From: a virus
Lineage: Duplodnaviria > Caudoviricetes
Virus record (IMG/VR): IMGVR_UViG_3300027777_001479
Location: 1-63,406 of that record
DNA length: 63,406 nt
Reading direction: 5' to 3' (one strand)
Part shown: piece by piece, positions 10,427 through 20,003 of the stretch
Numbering within the stretch: the first letter of the stretch is position 1
How the letters are laid out: each line of letters starts with the position of its first letter
Made by a program: the position numbers and the translations under genes
The notes under the pieces: model-generated
The model's database searches: none
What the model saw: the letters and a program-made list of their open reading frames with translations, nothing else
What the model was told of the DNA's origin: nothing

Positions 10427-10446
10427 TTTTAATATGATATATATTT

Positions 10447-10998
10447 TTAATTATAAACTCTAATTTCTATTGGGGTGTTGTATAATTCATCATCAATAGG
10501 AGTATCCGGAGTTAAAACCGTATTACAAGCAATCACACTCTGGTCCATAACATTTATTCCTGTGATTACCCCATTGCTAACTCCCTCAGCACCAGTTGAA
10601 ATAAATGCCGTTGTTTTACGTAATGTAAATAAATCATTTGAATTAATATAATAATTACCTGTTAAATTATATGTAAACCATATATTACCAATAGTATTTT
10701 CTAATACGGTTACGATTGGAGCACCTGTGTTGAATTGTAATATTGCCTCACCCCAATTATTAGGTCTAATACCCGTAGCAACAAAGTAAGTCCCAATATT
10801 ATTGTTTGGAGCCCCAACATTTGTAAAATCTGATCCGGTGTTATCCATAATTCTATAGGTTCTACCTATTATTAAATCAGGACCGCCCGATATATCATCC
10901 CAACGTACTAAAATTAGATTGTCTGTACCAAATTGTGTTATTAGTGCGGTATAAGATTTATATGTAGTATTTGGAATTACTACTCCTGATATTTTCAT
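10447..10998 (-). CDS. Putative virion/fibre-associated protein
   Basis: Follows the fibre gene; YKSYTALITQ...VLENTIG...IEIRVY module. Confidence 0.55.
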   Translation of the reverse strand: MKISGVVIPNTTYKSYTALITQFGTDNLILVRWDDISGGPDLIIGRTYRIMDNTGSDFTNVGAPNNNIGTYFVATGIRPNNWGEAILQFNTGAPIVTVLENTIGNIWFTYNLTGNYYINSNDLFTLRKTTAFISTGAEGVSNGVITGINVMDQSVIACNTVLTPDTPIDDELYNTPIEIRVYN

Positions 10999-11042
10999 AA
11001 TAATTTATATTTTAATAATTTATATTTTAATAATTTATATTT
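10998..11042. repeat. Three perfect tandem copies of 15-bp TAATAATTTATATTT
   Basis: Read directly: 10998-11012, 11013-11027, 11028-11042. Confidence 0.9.
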
Positions 11043-13995
11043 CTACCCAAGTATTATCAGGATTAAAATAAATAACACCATTTGTTGAATTAACACAATA
11101 TCCAACAATTCTAACAACGTTTCCTGTTGATGATGGTGCAATGTTTGTGATATATCCCAATGTTGTATCAACATATAAAATATCACCAATAGCAAAAGTT
11201 GTCCACAAACTATTTCTAACATATCCTCTAACGAGCATTCCATCGCCAGGAGATGAACCTAAAGCAATTGATAACATTCCTATAGATTTTGGTGTTCCTG
11301 ATGCATCTGTTTGGTTCCATGTTGCACCAGCATCTAAGAAACATAGATCACCCGCAGTTAAAGTACCTGAACCAAAAGTTACAATATCACCATATCCTTC
11401 AACCGATGTTGAAGTTAACTCAGTTGTTGGGTCGTGATAAAAAGAAAATCTTCCACCTGAAGTGTATATTGCATAATTTTGTGAAGCTCCGCTGGCAGAA
11501 GATCGTAAACCTATATTTGATTGAGCATCTCCAATAACATTTATATCTAAACCTTTTTTATTTGTACTTGTAAAACTACCACCACCTAAAACATCAATCA
11601 AAACACCTGTTTGAGAATCACCACCATTCGTGTCGGCATTAGTGTTAAGTACTTGCATACCAACACTATTTCCTGTTGTCCCATTAATAAAGGCTTCGTA
11701 ACCTATGTTAAAAATAGTTGCATCTGAAACCGTGACAGAGTAACCTATATTTTGTTGTGATTGATTTTGGACTTCAAAGTTAGAACCATATTTTATACCT
11801 AAACCATTGGTCATAGAACCTTTAACAGACCCTTTTATACCATACTGAAGGGATCCAGATCCTGTGGAATTATTCGATACGTCTATACCCGTATTATTTC
11901 CATCATCAGTTCCTCCTGCAGCAATTTTAATACCTGTGTTTGAACTTGAAGCTCCATTAACAATAATTTCCGCACCATATAATTTAGTATTACCTGTTGG
12001 CGTTCCAGAGTTATGGATAAATAAAGAAGAGTGTTGTGGAAAATTATGTTGTGAAAATATATTCAATGAAGGAATAGTTCCTATTGTGTCATAGATATCG
12101 GTACGGCCAGTTATGTTTAGTAATGTACCATCAAAAGTCATATTACTTTCTGCAACTATTCCACCTGAACCATCAGAAGTTAAAACCTGATTATTCAAAC
12201 CTGGAACAATTACCGAACTTCCACTAGTTCCATCTGTTCCGCTCGTTCCGTTTACACCTGATAATCCACTTGTCCCGCTAGTCCCATCTGTACCACTAGT
12301 TCCATCAGTACCTGAAGTCCCATCTGTACCACTAGTTCCATCAGTACCTGAAGTCCCATCTGTACCACTAGTTCCATCAGTACCTGAAGTTCCGTCAGTT
12401 CCGCTAGTACCATCTGTACCATTAGTCCCTGAAGATCCGTCTGTTCCGCTAGTACCATCTGTACCTGAAGTTCCATTAGTCCCACTAGTACCGTTACTAC
12501 CTGAAGTTCCATTCGTACCTGAAGATCCGTCTGTTCCGCTAGTTCCATTCGTACCTGATGTACCATTTACCCCCGATAAACCACTTGTCCCACTTGTGCC
12601 GTCTGTTCCATTAGTACCGTCTGTTCCACTCGTCCCATCTGTACCATTAGTTCCACTCGTCCCATCTGTACCATTAGTTCCACTCGTCCCATCTGTACCA
12701 TTAGTTCCACTCGTCCCATCTGTACCATTAGTTCCACTCGTCCCGTTTGTACCTGAAGTTCCGCTAGTTCCATTTGTTCCATTAGTTCCTGACGTTCCTG
12801 ATGTTCCTGATGCGGCAATTATTGATACAAATATATTATGATTGTTCGCAAATTGTGGATTACCACCAGCACTTACCAAAGATACGGGAATAGTCCAATA
12901 ATTAGATGCCCCAACAATTAGTGTGGGGGTTCCTGTAATAGTCCATACTTGAAAATTAGCACTATCATTTTGGTCTTGAATTGTAATCTGTTGTCCTATT
13001 TGTAAAAGAGCTAAAAATATATCAATATCTGTTACTGGTGTATCTGTTAAATGGTTGATGTTAATTTGGGTTGATGCGGTCATTACTACATTATCCCACA
13101 ATACATGCCCAGCGCCAGGGTTTCCTGATTGTGAATTATTTTTTGCTTCATAATAGAATAAACTTGTTGATACTCCATTAGCTCCATTAGTCCCCGATGT
13201 TCCGTTCGTTCCCGATGTTCCGTTAGTTCCTGACGCAGCAAGTAAAGTCCAATATACACCAATAAAACCACCAAAAGGTCCATAACCAGATGGGGCGTAT
13301 TGAATACAATACCAAGTTTCTCCCGCAAAAGTCACGACATCACCTATATTATGTATCTGCACTTGATAAGGTCCTAAAAAGTTCCATAAAGGAGATGTCC
13401 CCGATGTCCCACTTGAACCTGAAGACCCACTTGTTCCGTTTGTTCCTGATGTGCCATTAGTCCCCGATGTTCCGTTCGTTCCCGATGTTCCGTTAGTTCC
13501 TGACGTTCCGTTTGTTCCATTAGTTCCTGACGTTCCGTTTGTACCTGAAGTCCCATTTGTACCTGAAGTCCCATTTGTACCTGAAGTCCCATTTGTTCCC
13601 GAAGTTCCATTAGATCCCGAAGTTCCATTACTACCACTTGTGCCGTTTGTTCCTGAAGACCCTGAAGACCCACTACTACCTGAAGTTCCACTTGTTCCAT
13701 TAGATCCCGAAGTTCCATTACTACCACTTGTCCCATTAGCACCCGAAGTACCGCTTGTTCCTGTTGCCCCACTTAACCCGCTTGTTCCGCTTGAACCATT
13801 AGTTCCACTAGTTCCTGAAGTTCCAGCAGGTCCTGTTGAACCGCTTAAAATTGCTTGTAAATCACTTAAAGGAGCATAATAGGATGATCCTTGTGGGCTT
13901 TGTGATGTGTCTCCTGTTACAACAACATGGAAAATATCATTTAATGTGACCGCAGAAACTCTCGATCTATCTGTTAATCTGTTATAAACTGGCAT
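11035..13995 (-). CDS. Fibre-like protein with two long Gly-X-Y (GTS/GTN/GTD) repeat blocks
   Basis: GTSGTNGTSG tracts at about 13400-13830 and 12220-12810; beta-rich middle; C-terminal GDILYV...G.VVRIVGYC domain. Confidence 0.75.
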   Translation of the reverse strand: MPVYNRLTDRSRVSAVTLNDIFHVVVTGDTSQSPQGSSYYAPLSDLQAILSGSTGPAGTSGTSGTNGSSGTSGLSGATGTSGTSGANGTSGSNGTSGSNGTSGTSGSSGSSGSSGTNGTSGSNGTSGSNGTSGTNGTSGTNGTSGTNGTSGTNGTSGTNGTNGTSGTNGTSGTNGTSGTNGTSGTNGTSGSSGSSGTSGTSPLWNFLGPYQVQIHNIGDVVTFAGETWYCIQYAPSGYGPFGGFIGVYWTLLAASGTNGTSGTNGTSGTNGANGVSTSLFYYEAKNNSQSGNPGAGHVLWDNVVMTASTQININHLTDTPVTDIDIFLALLQIGQQITIQDQNDSANFQVWTITGTPTLIVGASNYWTIPVSLVSAGGNPQFANNHNIFVSIIAASGTSGTSGTNGTNGTSGTSGTNGTSGTNGTDGTSGTNGTDGTSGTNGTDGTSGTNGTDGTSGTDGTNGTDGTSGTSGLSGVNGTSGTNGTSGTDGSSGTNGTSGSNGTSGTNGTSGTDGTSGTDGSSGTNGTDGTSGTDGTSGTDGTSGTDGTSGTDGTSGTDGTSGTDGTSGTDGTSGTSGLSGVNGTSGTDGTSGSSVIVPGLNNQVLTSDGSGGIVAESNMTFDGTLLNITGRTDIYDTIGTIPSLNIFSQHNFPQHSSLFIHNSGTPTGNTKLYGAEIIVNGASSSNTGIKIAAGGTDDGNNTGIDVSNNSTGSGSLQYGIKGSVKGSMTNGLGIKYGSNFEVQNQSQQNIGYSVTVSDATIFNIGYEAFINGTTGNSVGMQVLNTNADTNGGDSQTGVLIDVLGGGSFTSTNKKGLDINVIGDAQSNIGLRSSASGASQNYAIYTSGGRFSFYHDPTTELTSTSVEGYGDIVTFGSGTLTAGDLCFLDAGATWNQTDASGTPKSIGMLSIALGSSPGDGMLVRGYVRNSLWTTFAIGDILYVDTTLGYITNIAPSSTGNVVRIVGYCVNSTNGVIYFNPDNTWVEI

Positions 13996-14085
13996 CTTAT
14001 AGTATAAATATTTCCGTTAGTTAAAATAAAATTAAATAACACTAATAAATATGAACTCAAATCCATTTTAATCTATTTATAGAAT

Positions 14086-14637
14086 ATGTCTAAAAAAAAG
14101 TTAAATGACTTGAAAATAAATCTATATTTAAAAGAGTTAAATCTTTTAGAATTAGAAAAAGAATATGTTGATGAGTTTACAACATATCATAAGCCATTGT
14201 TTATGGAAGAAGCTGTAAAAATGGGTTATAAATCACCAATAGTGACAGGAGAAACCATATCTTGTGGTATAAAAAAAGATAAACCATTTGAGGTTACAGA
14301 AAAAGAATTAAAAATAATTAAATCAATTTTTAGATCGATCGCAAAAGAATGTCATCCAGATAAATCAAAAAATACCATTAGAATAAAATGGTATGAAGAA
14401 TCACAAATTGCTTATGAAAAAAATGATTTATTAACACTTTATAAAATTGCAAAAAAATTAAATATTGAAATAGATTTTGAGGCAAATGGTTTTATATTAA
14501 TACAAAAGACGATAGAAGAAAAGAAAAAAGAATTACAATCAGTTTCAGGATCTTTTTTATGGTTATGGGCTAACTCAGAAACTCAAGAAGAAAAAGATGA
14601 AATAATAAAACAATTTATAAACCAATCAAATCAATAA
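14086..14637 (+). CDS. J-domain (DnaJ-like) protein
   Basis: IKSIFRSIAKECHPDK with the HPD motif in a helical context. Confidence 0.65.
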   Translation: MSKKKLNDLKINLYLKELNLLELEKEYVDEFTTYHKPLFMEEAVKMGYKSPIVTGETISCGIKKDKPFEVTEKELKIIKSIFRSIAKECHPDKSKNTIRIKWYEESQIAYEKNDLLTLYKIAKKLNIEIDFEANGFILIQKTIEEKKKELQSVSGSFLWLWANSETQEEKDEIIKQFINQSNQ

Positions 14638-14639
14638 AG

Positions 14640-15839
14640 ATGAAAAATCTAAAAATTGGAATTACTTTAGGACTACAATCAAACACAGAATCAATTTGGA
14701 CAAATGGAATGAAACAAAATGTTTTAATGTTTGTTCATTTATTACAGAAATCAAAAAATGACTATGAAGTTTGTATATTAAACACTTTTGATGTTGATTT
14801 TACAGAACAAAAACCTTCTTATCTTAAAGACATTAATATCTATAACTTTAAAGATAAATTTATGGAAATGGATCTTATTATAATGATGGGTGCCCAAGTA
14901 TACGAAGAAGATATTAAAAAGTTCAAAGAAGATAAAAATAAAAGATTTATCGGTTATAAATGTGGAAACAATTATGTGATCCATATGGAAAATGTTTTGT
15001 TTAAAGAAAACAAAAAAAGATACTTTGAATATGAAACGACATTTGACGAACTATGGTATATCCCACAACAACACGATACCAATAACGGGTTCTTTACGAC
15101 ACTATATAGAACAAACGCGTTTATTGTTCCTTTTATTTGGCATAACAAATTTTTACTTGAATCCGTAATTGGAATTGAAAGTGGATTTAAAGAAGGTCGA
15201 TATAGTAAAGGATACAAATATAATCCCGACAAAGAGAAAAAAGTGTTGGGAATTATGGAGCCAAATATTAATGTTGTTAAATATTCTTTAATTCCTGCTA
15301 TGGTTGCTGAAGAATCATATAGAACTGAAACAGGAAAAAATAAAATTGATAAACTTATGATCACAAATGGTGATAAACTTAAAGAAAATTATGAGTTTAT
15401 GTCAATAATCAAAACTTTTGATCTGTATGAAGATAAAAAAATTACCGCAGAATCAAGATATCAAACATCTTTTGTTCTAACACAATACTTTGACATTTTA
15501 CTTTGTCATCAAGTATTAAACCCTTTAAATTATCTTTATTTGGATGCCGCTTATTTGGGTTATCCTGTTTTACATAATGCTCCTCTTTGTAAAGATCTTG
15601 GTTATTATTATGAAAATAGTGATACAAAAGAAGGTGCCAAAATGTTGAATTATATTTTAACCGAACACGATAACAATATTTTAGAATACCATAAAAGAAA
15701 CGATATTGTTTTACAAAGATATCATGCTGATAATCAAGAACTTATTGAAACTTATGACAAATTGATTTATAATCTTTTTAATGGTGGAAATAAAGATTTG
15801 GTTTATAACCCAAATACAAATAGATACGACAATCTTTAA
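14640..15839 (+). CDS. DUF2827-family glycosyltransferase-like protein
   Basis: SIWTNGMKQN, CGNNY, MEPNINVVK, HQVLNPLNYLYLD...GYPVLHN...LGYYY. Confidence 0.75.
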   Translation: MKNLKIGITLGLQSNTESIWTNGMKQNVLMFVHLLQKSKNDYEVCILNTFDVDFTEQKPSYLKDINIYNFKDKFMEMDLIIMMGAQVYEEDIKKFKEDKNKRFIGYKCGNNYVIHMENVLFKENKKRYFEYETTFDELWYIPQQHDTNNGFFTTLYRTNAFIVPFIWHNKFLLESVIGIESGFKEGRYSKGYKYNPDKEKKVLGIMEPNINVVKYSLIPAMVAEESYRTETGKNKIDKLMITNGDKLKENYEFMSIIKTFDLYEDKKITAESRYQTSFVLTQYFDILLCHQVLNPLNYLYLDAAYLGYPVLHNAPLCKDLGYYYENSDTKEGAKMLNYILTEHDNNILEYHKRNDIVLQRYHADNQELIETYDKLIYNLFNGGNKDLVYNPNTNRYDNL

Positions 15840-15856
15840 TTTTTTTTTACTATAAT

Positions 15857-15887
15857 AAAAAAAGGGACTCCGAAGAGTCCCTTTTTT
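15857..15887. terminator. Bidirectional intrinsic terminator
   Basis: A7-GGGACTC-CGAA-GAGTCCC-T6 between convergent genes; cUUCGg loop on the minus strand. Confidence 0.9.
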
Positions 15888-15909
15888 GTTTTCATTAAAA
15901 AGTTAATGA

Positions 15910-18657
15910 TTAAGCGTAAACACCGTAAGCAGTTACTTTACCACCAATAGCTGGAGTATAAGTAAACTGTACGTTAACACCACCAGAGATAGTGTAGTCT
16001 TCACCCATTTCTTGTAACAATCCATTGTAATAGATTGCCTCAGAACCAGTCTTAACTGTAGCACCCAATGTGAAGTTTTTGTTTGTTCCGTTAACTAAAC
16101 CAGAAATAGATACTTTCTTAAAGTAAGTGTTGCTGATTATGTTTTTAACAGCATCCAATTCAGTAACTACTTCAGAGAATGAATCAATTGCAGTTAAATC
16201 TGTATTTGATAACAAGTTAGCAACTTCAGAAGACAATGCGGCCTCTAATGAACCTTCAGCACCTTGAGCTCTACTTGTCTCGTCATTAATCTTAGTATTC
16301 AACATTAAAACCGCTTCATTAATTGCAGTATTCAATGAAGTGTCAGCATTTTCTCTGTTAGTGATTTCAGTGTTGATTTTTGTATTCAACATTCCTTCAG
16401 CACCTTCAGCTCTTGCTTGTTCAGCATCAACGTCAGCAGTTCTATCAGAGATTTCGTTGTTGATTTTGTCATTCAATTGTACAAACAATGACGTGTCAGC
16501 AGATTGTCTGTTAGAAATTTCAGTAGACATTGCTGTGTTAGCGTCAGTTCTGTTTGTTGCAATTACAGATTCTAATGAATTATCTTTAGAAACTCTTGAA
16601 CTTTCTTCGCTACCAATTGCAGTACCGATTGAAGTTACAGCAGATAACAATGCGTTATCGTTTTCTAAGTCAATTCCGTTAACGAAAGAAACGATTTCAG
16701 CAAATTGGTCTAAATCAACTGTAGAACCATCAAGGATAGCGTCAATTCTTCCTTCTTCTCTTGCGATTGCGTTCTCTAAAGAAACATTACCAGATACTCT
16801 TGAAGAAGCTTCAGCAGTCATTACTGTGTTGATAGAAGTTTTAGCTTCTGAAATTACAGACTCTAATGAATCATCTTTAGATACTCTTGAAGAAGCTTCA
16901 GAAGAAATTGCAGAAGATAATTTAGAGTCAATTGAATTTTCTCTTACTACAGTCATTGATTCTTTTGTTGAAACTGTAGTTTCAATTGAACCAAATCCTC
17001 TTGAAATTTCACCTGACAATACAACATCAACAGATGTGTGGATTGAACAACACTCAGAAATTTCAGCAGACAATCTATTGTCAGCAGCTTCACGAGACGA
17101 TGCTTCCGCATTTATTGAAGTTTCTAATGAAAAGTCACCATCTACGTGATGAGAGTGTTCTGTAGATATTGCAGAAATAATATACAAACTTAAAGTTTCT
17201 TCCACCGTATTGATGTGAAATTCATTAAAATCTGTTTTACTTGATACAGCATCTAAGGTGCTTTGCATCGATGCATCAAACAATTCTCTTACAAATCCCT
17301 CTACTGAAATATCATTTCTTAATGATTCCTCAACAGACATTGCTCTTACTTCTTCAGCATCAACATCAGCAGTTCTGTTAACGATTTCAGAAGATAAGTT
17401 AGAAGAAATAGTTGATTCAGCAACCATCGCTCTTGATTCTTCAGCGTTAACGTCAGCGATTCTGTTTACGATTTCAGTTGACAAGTTAGAAGCGATTGAA
17501 CCTTCAGCTGCGATTGCTCTTGATTCTTCAGAGTTAACATCAGAGATTCTATTTGCAATTTCAGAAGTCAAGTTAGAAGCGATTGACAATTCAGCGGCAG
17601 TTGCTCTTGCAACCTCAGTTGAAACTTCAGCAACTCTGTTAGCAATTTCCAAAGAAATTTCTTCAGATAAATCAGCCTCAACAGATTCTGCTCTTGCTTC
17701 TTCAGCATCAACATCTAATCCTCTGTTTACGATTTCAGAAGACAAATCATTAGCAATAGAAGATTCAACAGACATTGCTCTAGCTTTTTCTGTAGATACC
17801 GCAACAGACGCTGTAGATGCCAATGTAGTGATTGTGTTGTTAAGGTCACCATCAACAGATTGGAAAGCAGAAACGATTTCAGTTAATGAATCTAACGCAG
17901 CAGGGTCAGTGTTAGAAATAACAAAATCAATTTTTGTGTTTAATGACAAATCACCAGCAACACGTGCAGACGCTTCAGAAGTGATAGAAGTAGATAATGA
18001 ACCTTCAGCTGCGATAGCTCTTGATTCTTCAGCGTTAACATCAGCGATTCTTGCATTTGTCTCAGCAGTTAAATCATTCGCCAATGAAACTTCAGAAGAC
18101 ATTGCACGAGATCCTTCAGCATTTAAAGAAGTTTCTAATGATAAATCACCAGCAACTCTTGAAGATGCTTCAGCAGTAACAGCGTTTGTTCTGTTAACAA
18201 CTTCAGAAGACAAGTTAGAAGCGATTGAACCTTCAGCAGCGATAGCTCTTGATTCTTCAGCGTCTACATCAGCAGTTCTGTTAACGATTTCAGTTGACAA
18301 GTTAGAAGCCAAAGAAGCGTGTTCAACAACATTGAAAGAATGTTCTGTAGAAATTTCTTGAGAAATAACTAAAGCCAATGAATTGTCGTTAGCCAATCTT
18401 GTAGAAGCTTCAGATGAAACAGCGTTTGTTCTGTTAACAACTTCAGAAGACAAGTTAGATGCGACAGAATTGTCACCAGCAACTCTTGCAGTTGCCTCAT
18501 TTGAAATGTTAGTTGATAAATTACCTAATTCCGCATTAACGTTTGATGTTGAACCAAACTTAATGTCACTTGCGATAATACCAACTGGGGTTGTGATTGA
18601 TGGACTTGATAATATTAAGTCCGATTGTAAGTCTAAAACTATTTTAGTAGTAGCCAT
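15910..18657 (-). CDS. Long Ser/Ala/Glu-rich coiled-coil fibre protein (likely start MATTK at 18657)
   Basis: Repeats such as SEIVNRTADVDAEESRAIAAEGSI; three LDS/Q-x-x-EIV-type necks; C-terminal IYYNGLLQ...DYTISG domain; strongly biased codons. Confidence 0.75.
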   Translation of the reverse strand: MATTKIVLDLQSDLILSSPSITTPVGIIASDIKFGSTSNVNAELGNLSTNISNEATARVAGDNSVASNLSSEVVNRTNAVSSEASTRLANDNSLALVISQEISTEHSFNVVEHASLASNLSTEIVNRTADVDAEESRAIAAEGSIASNLSSEVVNRTNAVTAEASSRVAGDLSLETSLNAEGSRAMSSEVSLANDLTAETNARIADVNAEESRAIAAEGSLSTSITSEASARVAGDLSLNTKIDFVISNTDPAALDSLTEIVSAFQSVDGDLNNTITTLASTASVAVSTEKARAMSVESSIANDLSSEIVNRGLDVDAEEARAESVEADLSEEISLEIANRVAEVSTEVARATAAELSIASNLTSEIANRISDVNSEESRAIAAEGSIASNLSTEIVNRIADVNAEESRAMVAESTISSNLSSEIVNRTADVDAEEVRAMSVEESLRNDISVEGFVRELFDASMQSTLDAVSSKTDFNEFHINTVEETLSLYIISAISTEHSHHVDGDFSLETSINAEASSREAADNRLSAEISECCSIHTSVDVVLSGEISRGFGSIETTVSTKESMTVVRENSIDSKLSSAISSEASSRVSKDDSLESVISEAKTSINTVMTAEASSRVSGNVSLENAIAREEGRIDAILDGSTVDLDQFAEIVSFVNGIDLENDNALLSAVTSIGTAIGSEESSRVSKDNSLESVIATNRTDANTAMSTEISNRQSADTSLFVQLNDKINNEISDRTADVDAEQARAEGAEGMLNTKINTEITNRENADTSLNTAINEAVLMLNTKINDETSRAQGAEGSLEAALSSEVANLLSNTDLTAIDSFSEVVTELDAVKNIISNTYFKKVSISGLVNGTNKNFTLGATVKTGSEAIYYNGLLQEMGEDYTISGGVNVQFTYTPAIGGKVTAYGVYA

Positions 18658-18888
18658 GAAAAAATTGGTTTTCAAGTTTAAAAAGTGATCTTTACACCTT
18701 GTTCTCAACTCTTGAGACAAGTTGGATTACGCATACAAATAGTAACAGGGTGGTTTTAAGGACAAAAACACCCAAGTAATAAAATACTAATTTAAATAGG
18801 AAGATAAATAAGAGATATTAATAATTGTCACAAGATGCGACGATACTATACATATAAATAGTTTATAAATTTGAAAAAGCCAAAACTT

Positions 18889-19125
18889 TTACAAATTATA
18901 TAATAAATTTTTCAAATTCTTAATTGAATTTGTATATAAAAGAGGTTCACACGAACCGCTTTCGTTTAAATAATTATTAACTTCTTCTTGTAAACCTTCA
19001 GTTTTTTCAAACACAAAAATCACCTTATTTTTACTTTTCTCTACGGTCATTTTATAACCTTTAAGTTTAAGGTATGCACCTAAATATAAATCTGACGTTG
19101 TGTATTTTTCTTCTTGCTCCATCAT
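18889..19125 (-). CDS. DUF5659-like small protein
   Basis: YTTSDLYLGAYLKLKGY...VIFVF pattern. Confidence 0.6.
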   Translation of the reverse strand: MMEQEEKYTTSDLYLGAYLKLKGYKMTVEKSKNKVIFVFEKTEGLQEEVNNYLNESGSCEPLLYTNSIKNLKNLLYNL

Positions 19126-19192
19126 TTTTTTTTGTTTCTTATTATAAATATGTTTATCTTTTAAGTTATTTAGTTTTTATGTTAATTTTATT

Positions 19193-19978
19193 TTAATAAA
19201 ATCGATAAGAACAAGTTATCTTACTCCAACTAGGAGGTGCGATTTTGAAAGTTATAGTTTTACCTGAAATCGTATAGTCATTATCATTTCCAAAATCTTG
19301 TAATAAACCATTCAAATAAATGTGTTCACTTCCTGTTTTAGGAAGAATTGACAACTCAAATGATTTATTTATCCCATTAATTTCACCAACAGGATATTCA
19401 TGATCGATAAAATTAATTTCACTATAAGTTCTATAAGAACAAAGAAGTTTACTATTAATTTTTGGTGGATTATTAAATGTGATTGTTTTTCCACTTATAC
19501 TATAATCAAGATCCGATCCTTTATCTTGTAAAAGACCATTATAGTATATATGTTCTGAATTTAATTCAGGTGTAAAACGAAGGGTATATGTTTTATTTAC
19601 ACTATCAATTGAACCTGTAATTAATTCACGATCAATAAATGTTGATGAGTTAACGCCAGGGACTACTAATTTATTTGGTAAATTATTTAGTACTTCTAAT
19701 TGTGGAGACGTTAAAAAAAATATTTCGTCCCAATCTAAAGGGCTAAAAGACCAAAAATCGTTTTTAAGTTTAAAAAATCGTTGACCACCTTCGATTCCTA
19801 CGATCATACCAGGTCTTCTTCGATCGTAAGGTATTGAATTTAAATCGTCTTCATTGTCTACATTACGTAGTCCATCAATACCATATAAGGGATCAATTAC
19901 TGCGTAGGTATCAAGGGTGTCCATTGGTGAAATGAAACCCATAATTCCCACTCCACCAACTTTACTAAAATCGGTCAT
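19193..19978 (-). CDS. Putative virion adaptor with two tandem EHIY.NGLLQD...DY.ISGKTITF domains
   Basis: Internal duplication; the same domain ends the 15910..18657 fibre. Confidence 0.65.
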   Translation of the reverse strand: MTDFSKVGGVGIMGFISPMDTLDTYAVIDPLYGIDGLRNVDNEDDLNSIPYDRRRPGMIVGIEGGQRFFKLKNDFWSFSPLDWDEIFFLTSPQLEVLNNLPNKLVVPGVNSSTFIDRELITGSIDSVNKTYTLRFTPELNSEHIYYNGLLQDKGSDLDYSISGKTITFNNPPKINSKLLCSYRTYSEINFIDHEYPVGEINGINKSFELSILPKTGSEHIYLNGLLQDFGNDNDYTISGKTITFKIAPPSWSKITCSYRFY

Positions 19979-20003
19979 TTAAAAAATCAATATACATATA
20001 ATA

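Noticed and set aside
12220-13830. Regular DNA repeats resembling a CRISPR array
   Set aside because: Units are multiples of 3 nt with synonymous variation and no unique spacers; coding repeats
12252-13879. ORFs such as MPLVPDVPFVP... and MVHQVRMEL... over the fibre gene
   Set aside because: Antisense and off-frame shadows of the Gly-Thr-Ser repeat
16340-18688. Long plus-strand ORFs (269, 367, 101 aa)
   Set aside because: Antisense shadows of the codon-biased coiled-coil fibre
18658-18720. ORF-track N-terminal extension MSQELRTRC... of the fibre
   Set aside because: TTG start inside a hairpin; ATG at 18657 is the more plausible start. Similar over-extensions rejected at 6281, 23764, 34214, 40917, 54194 and 55996
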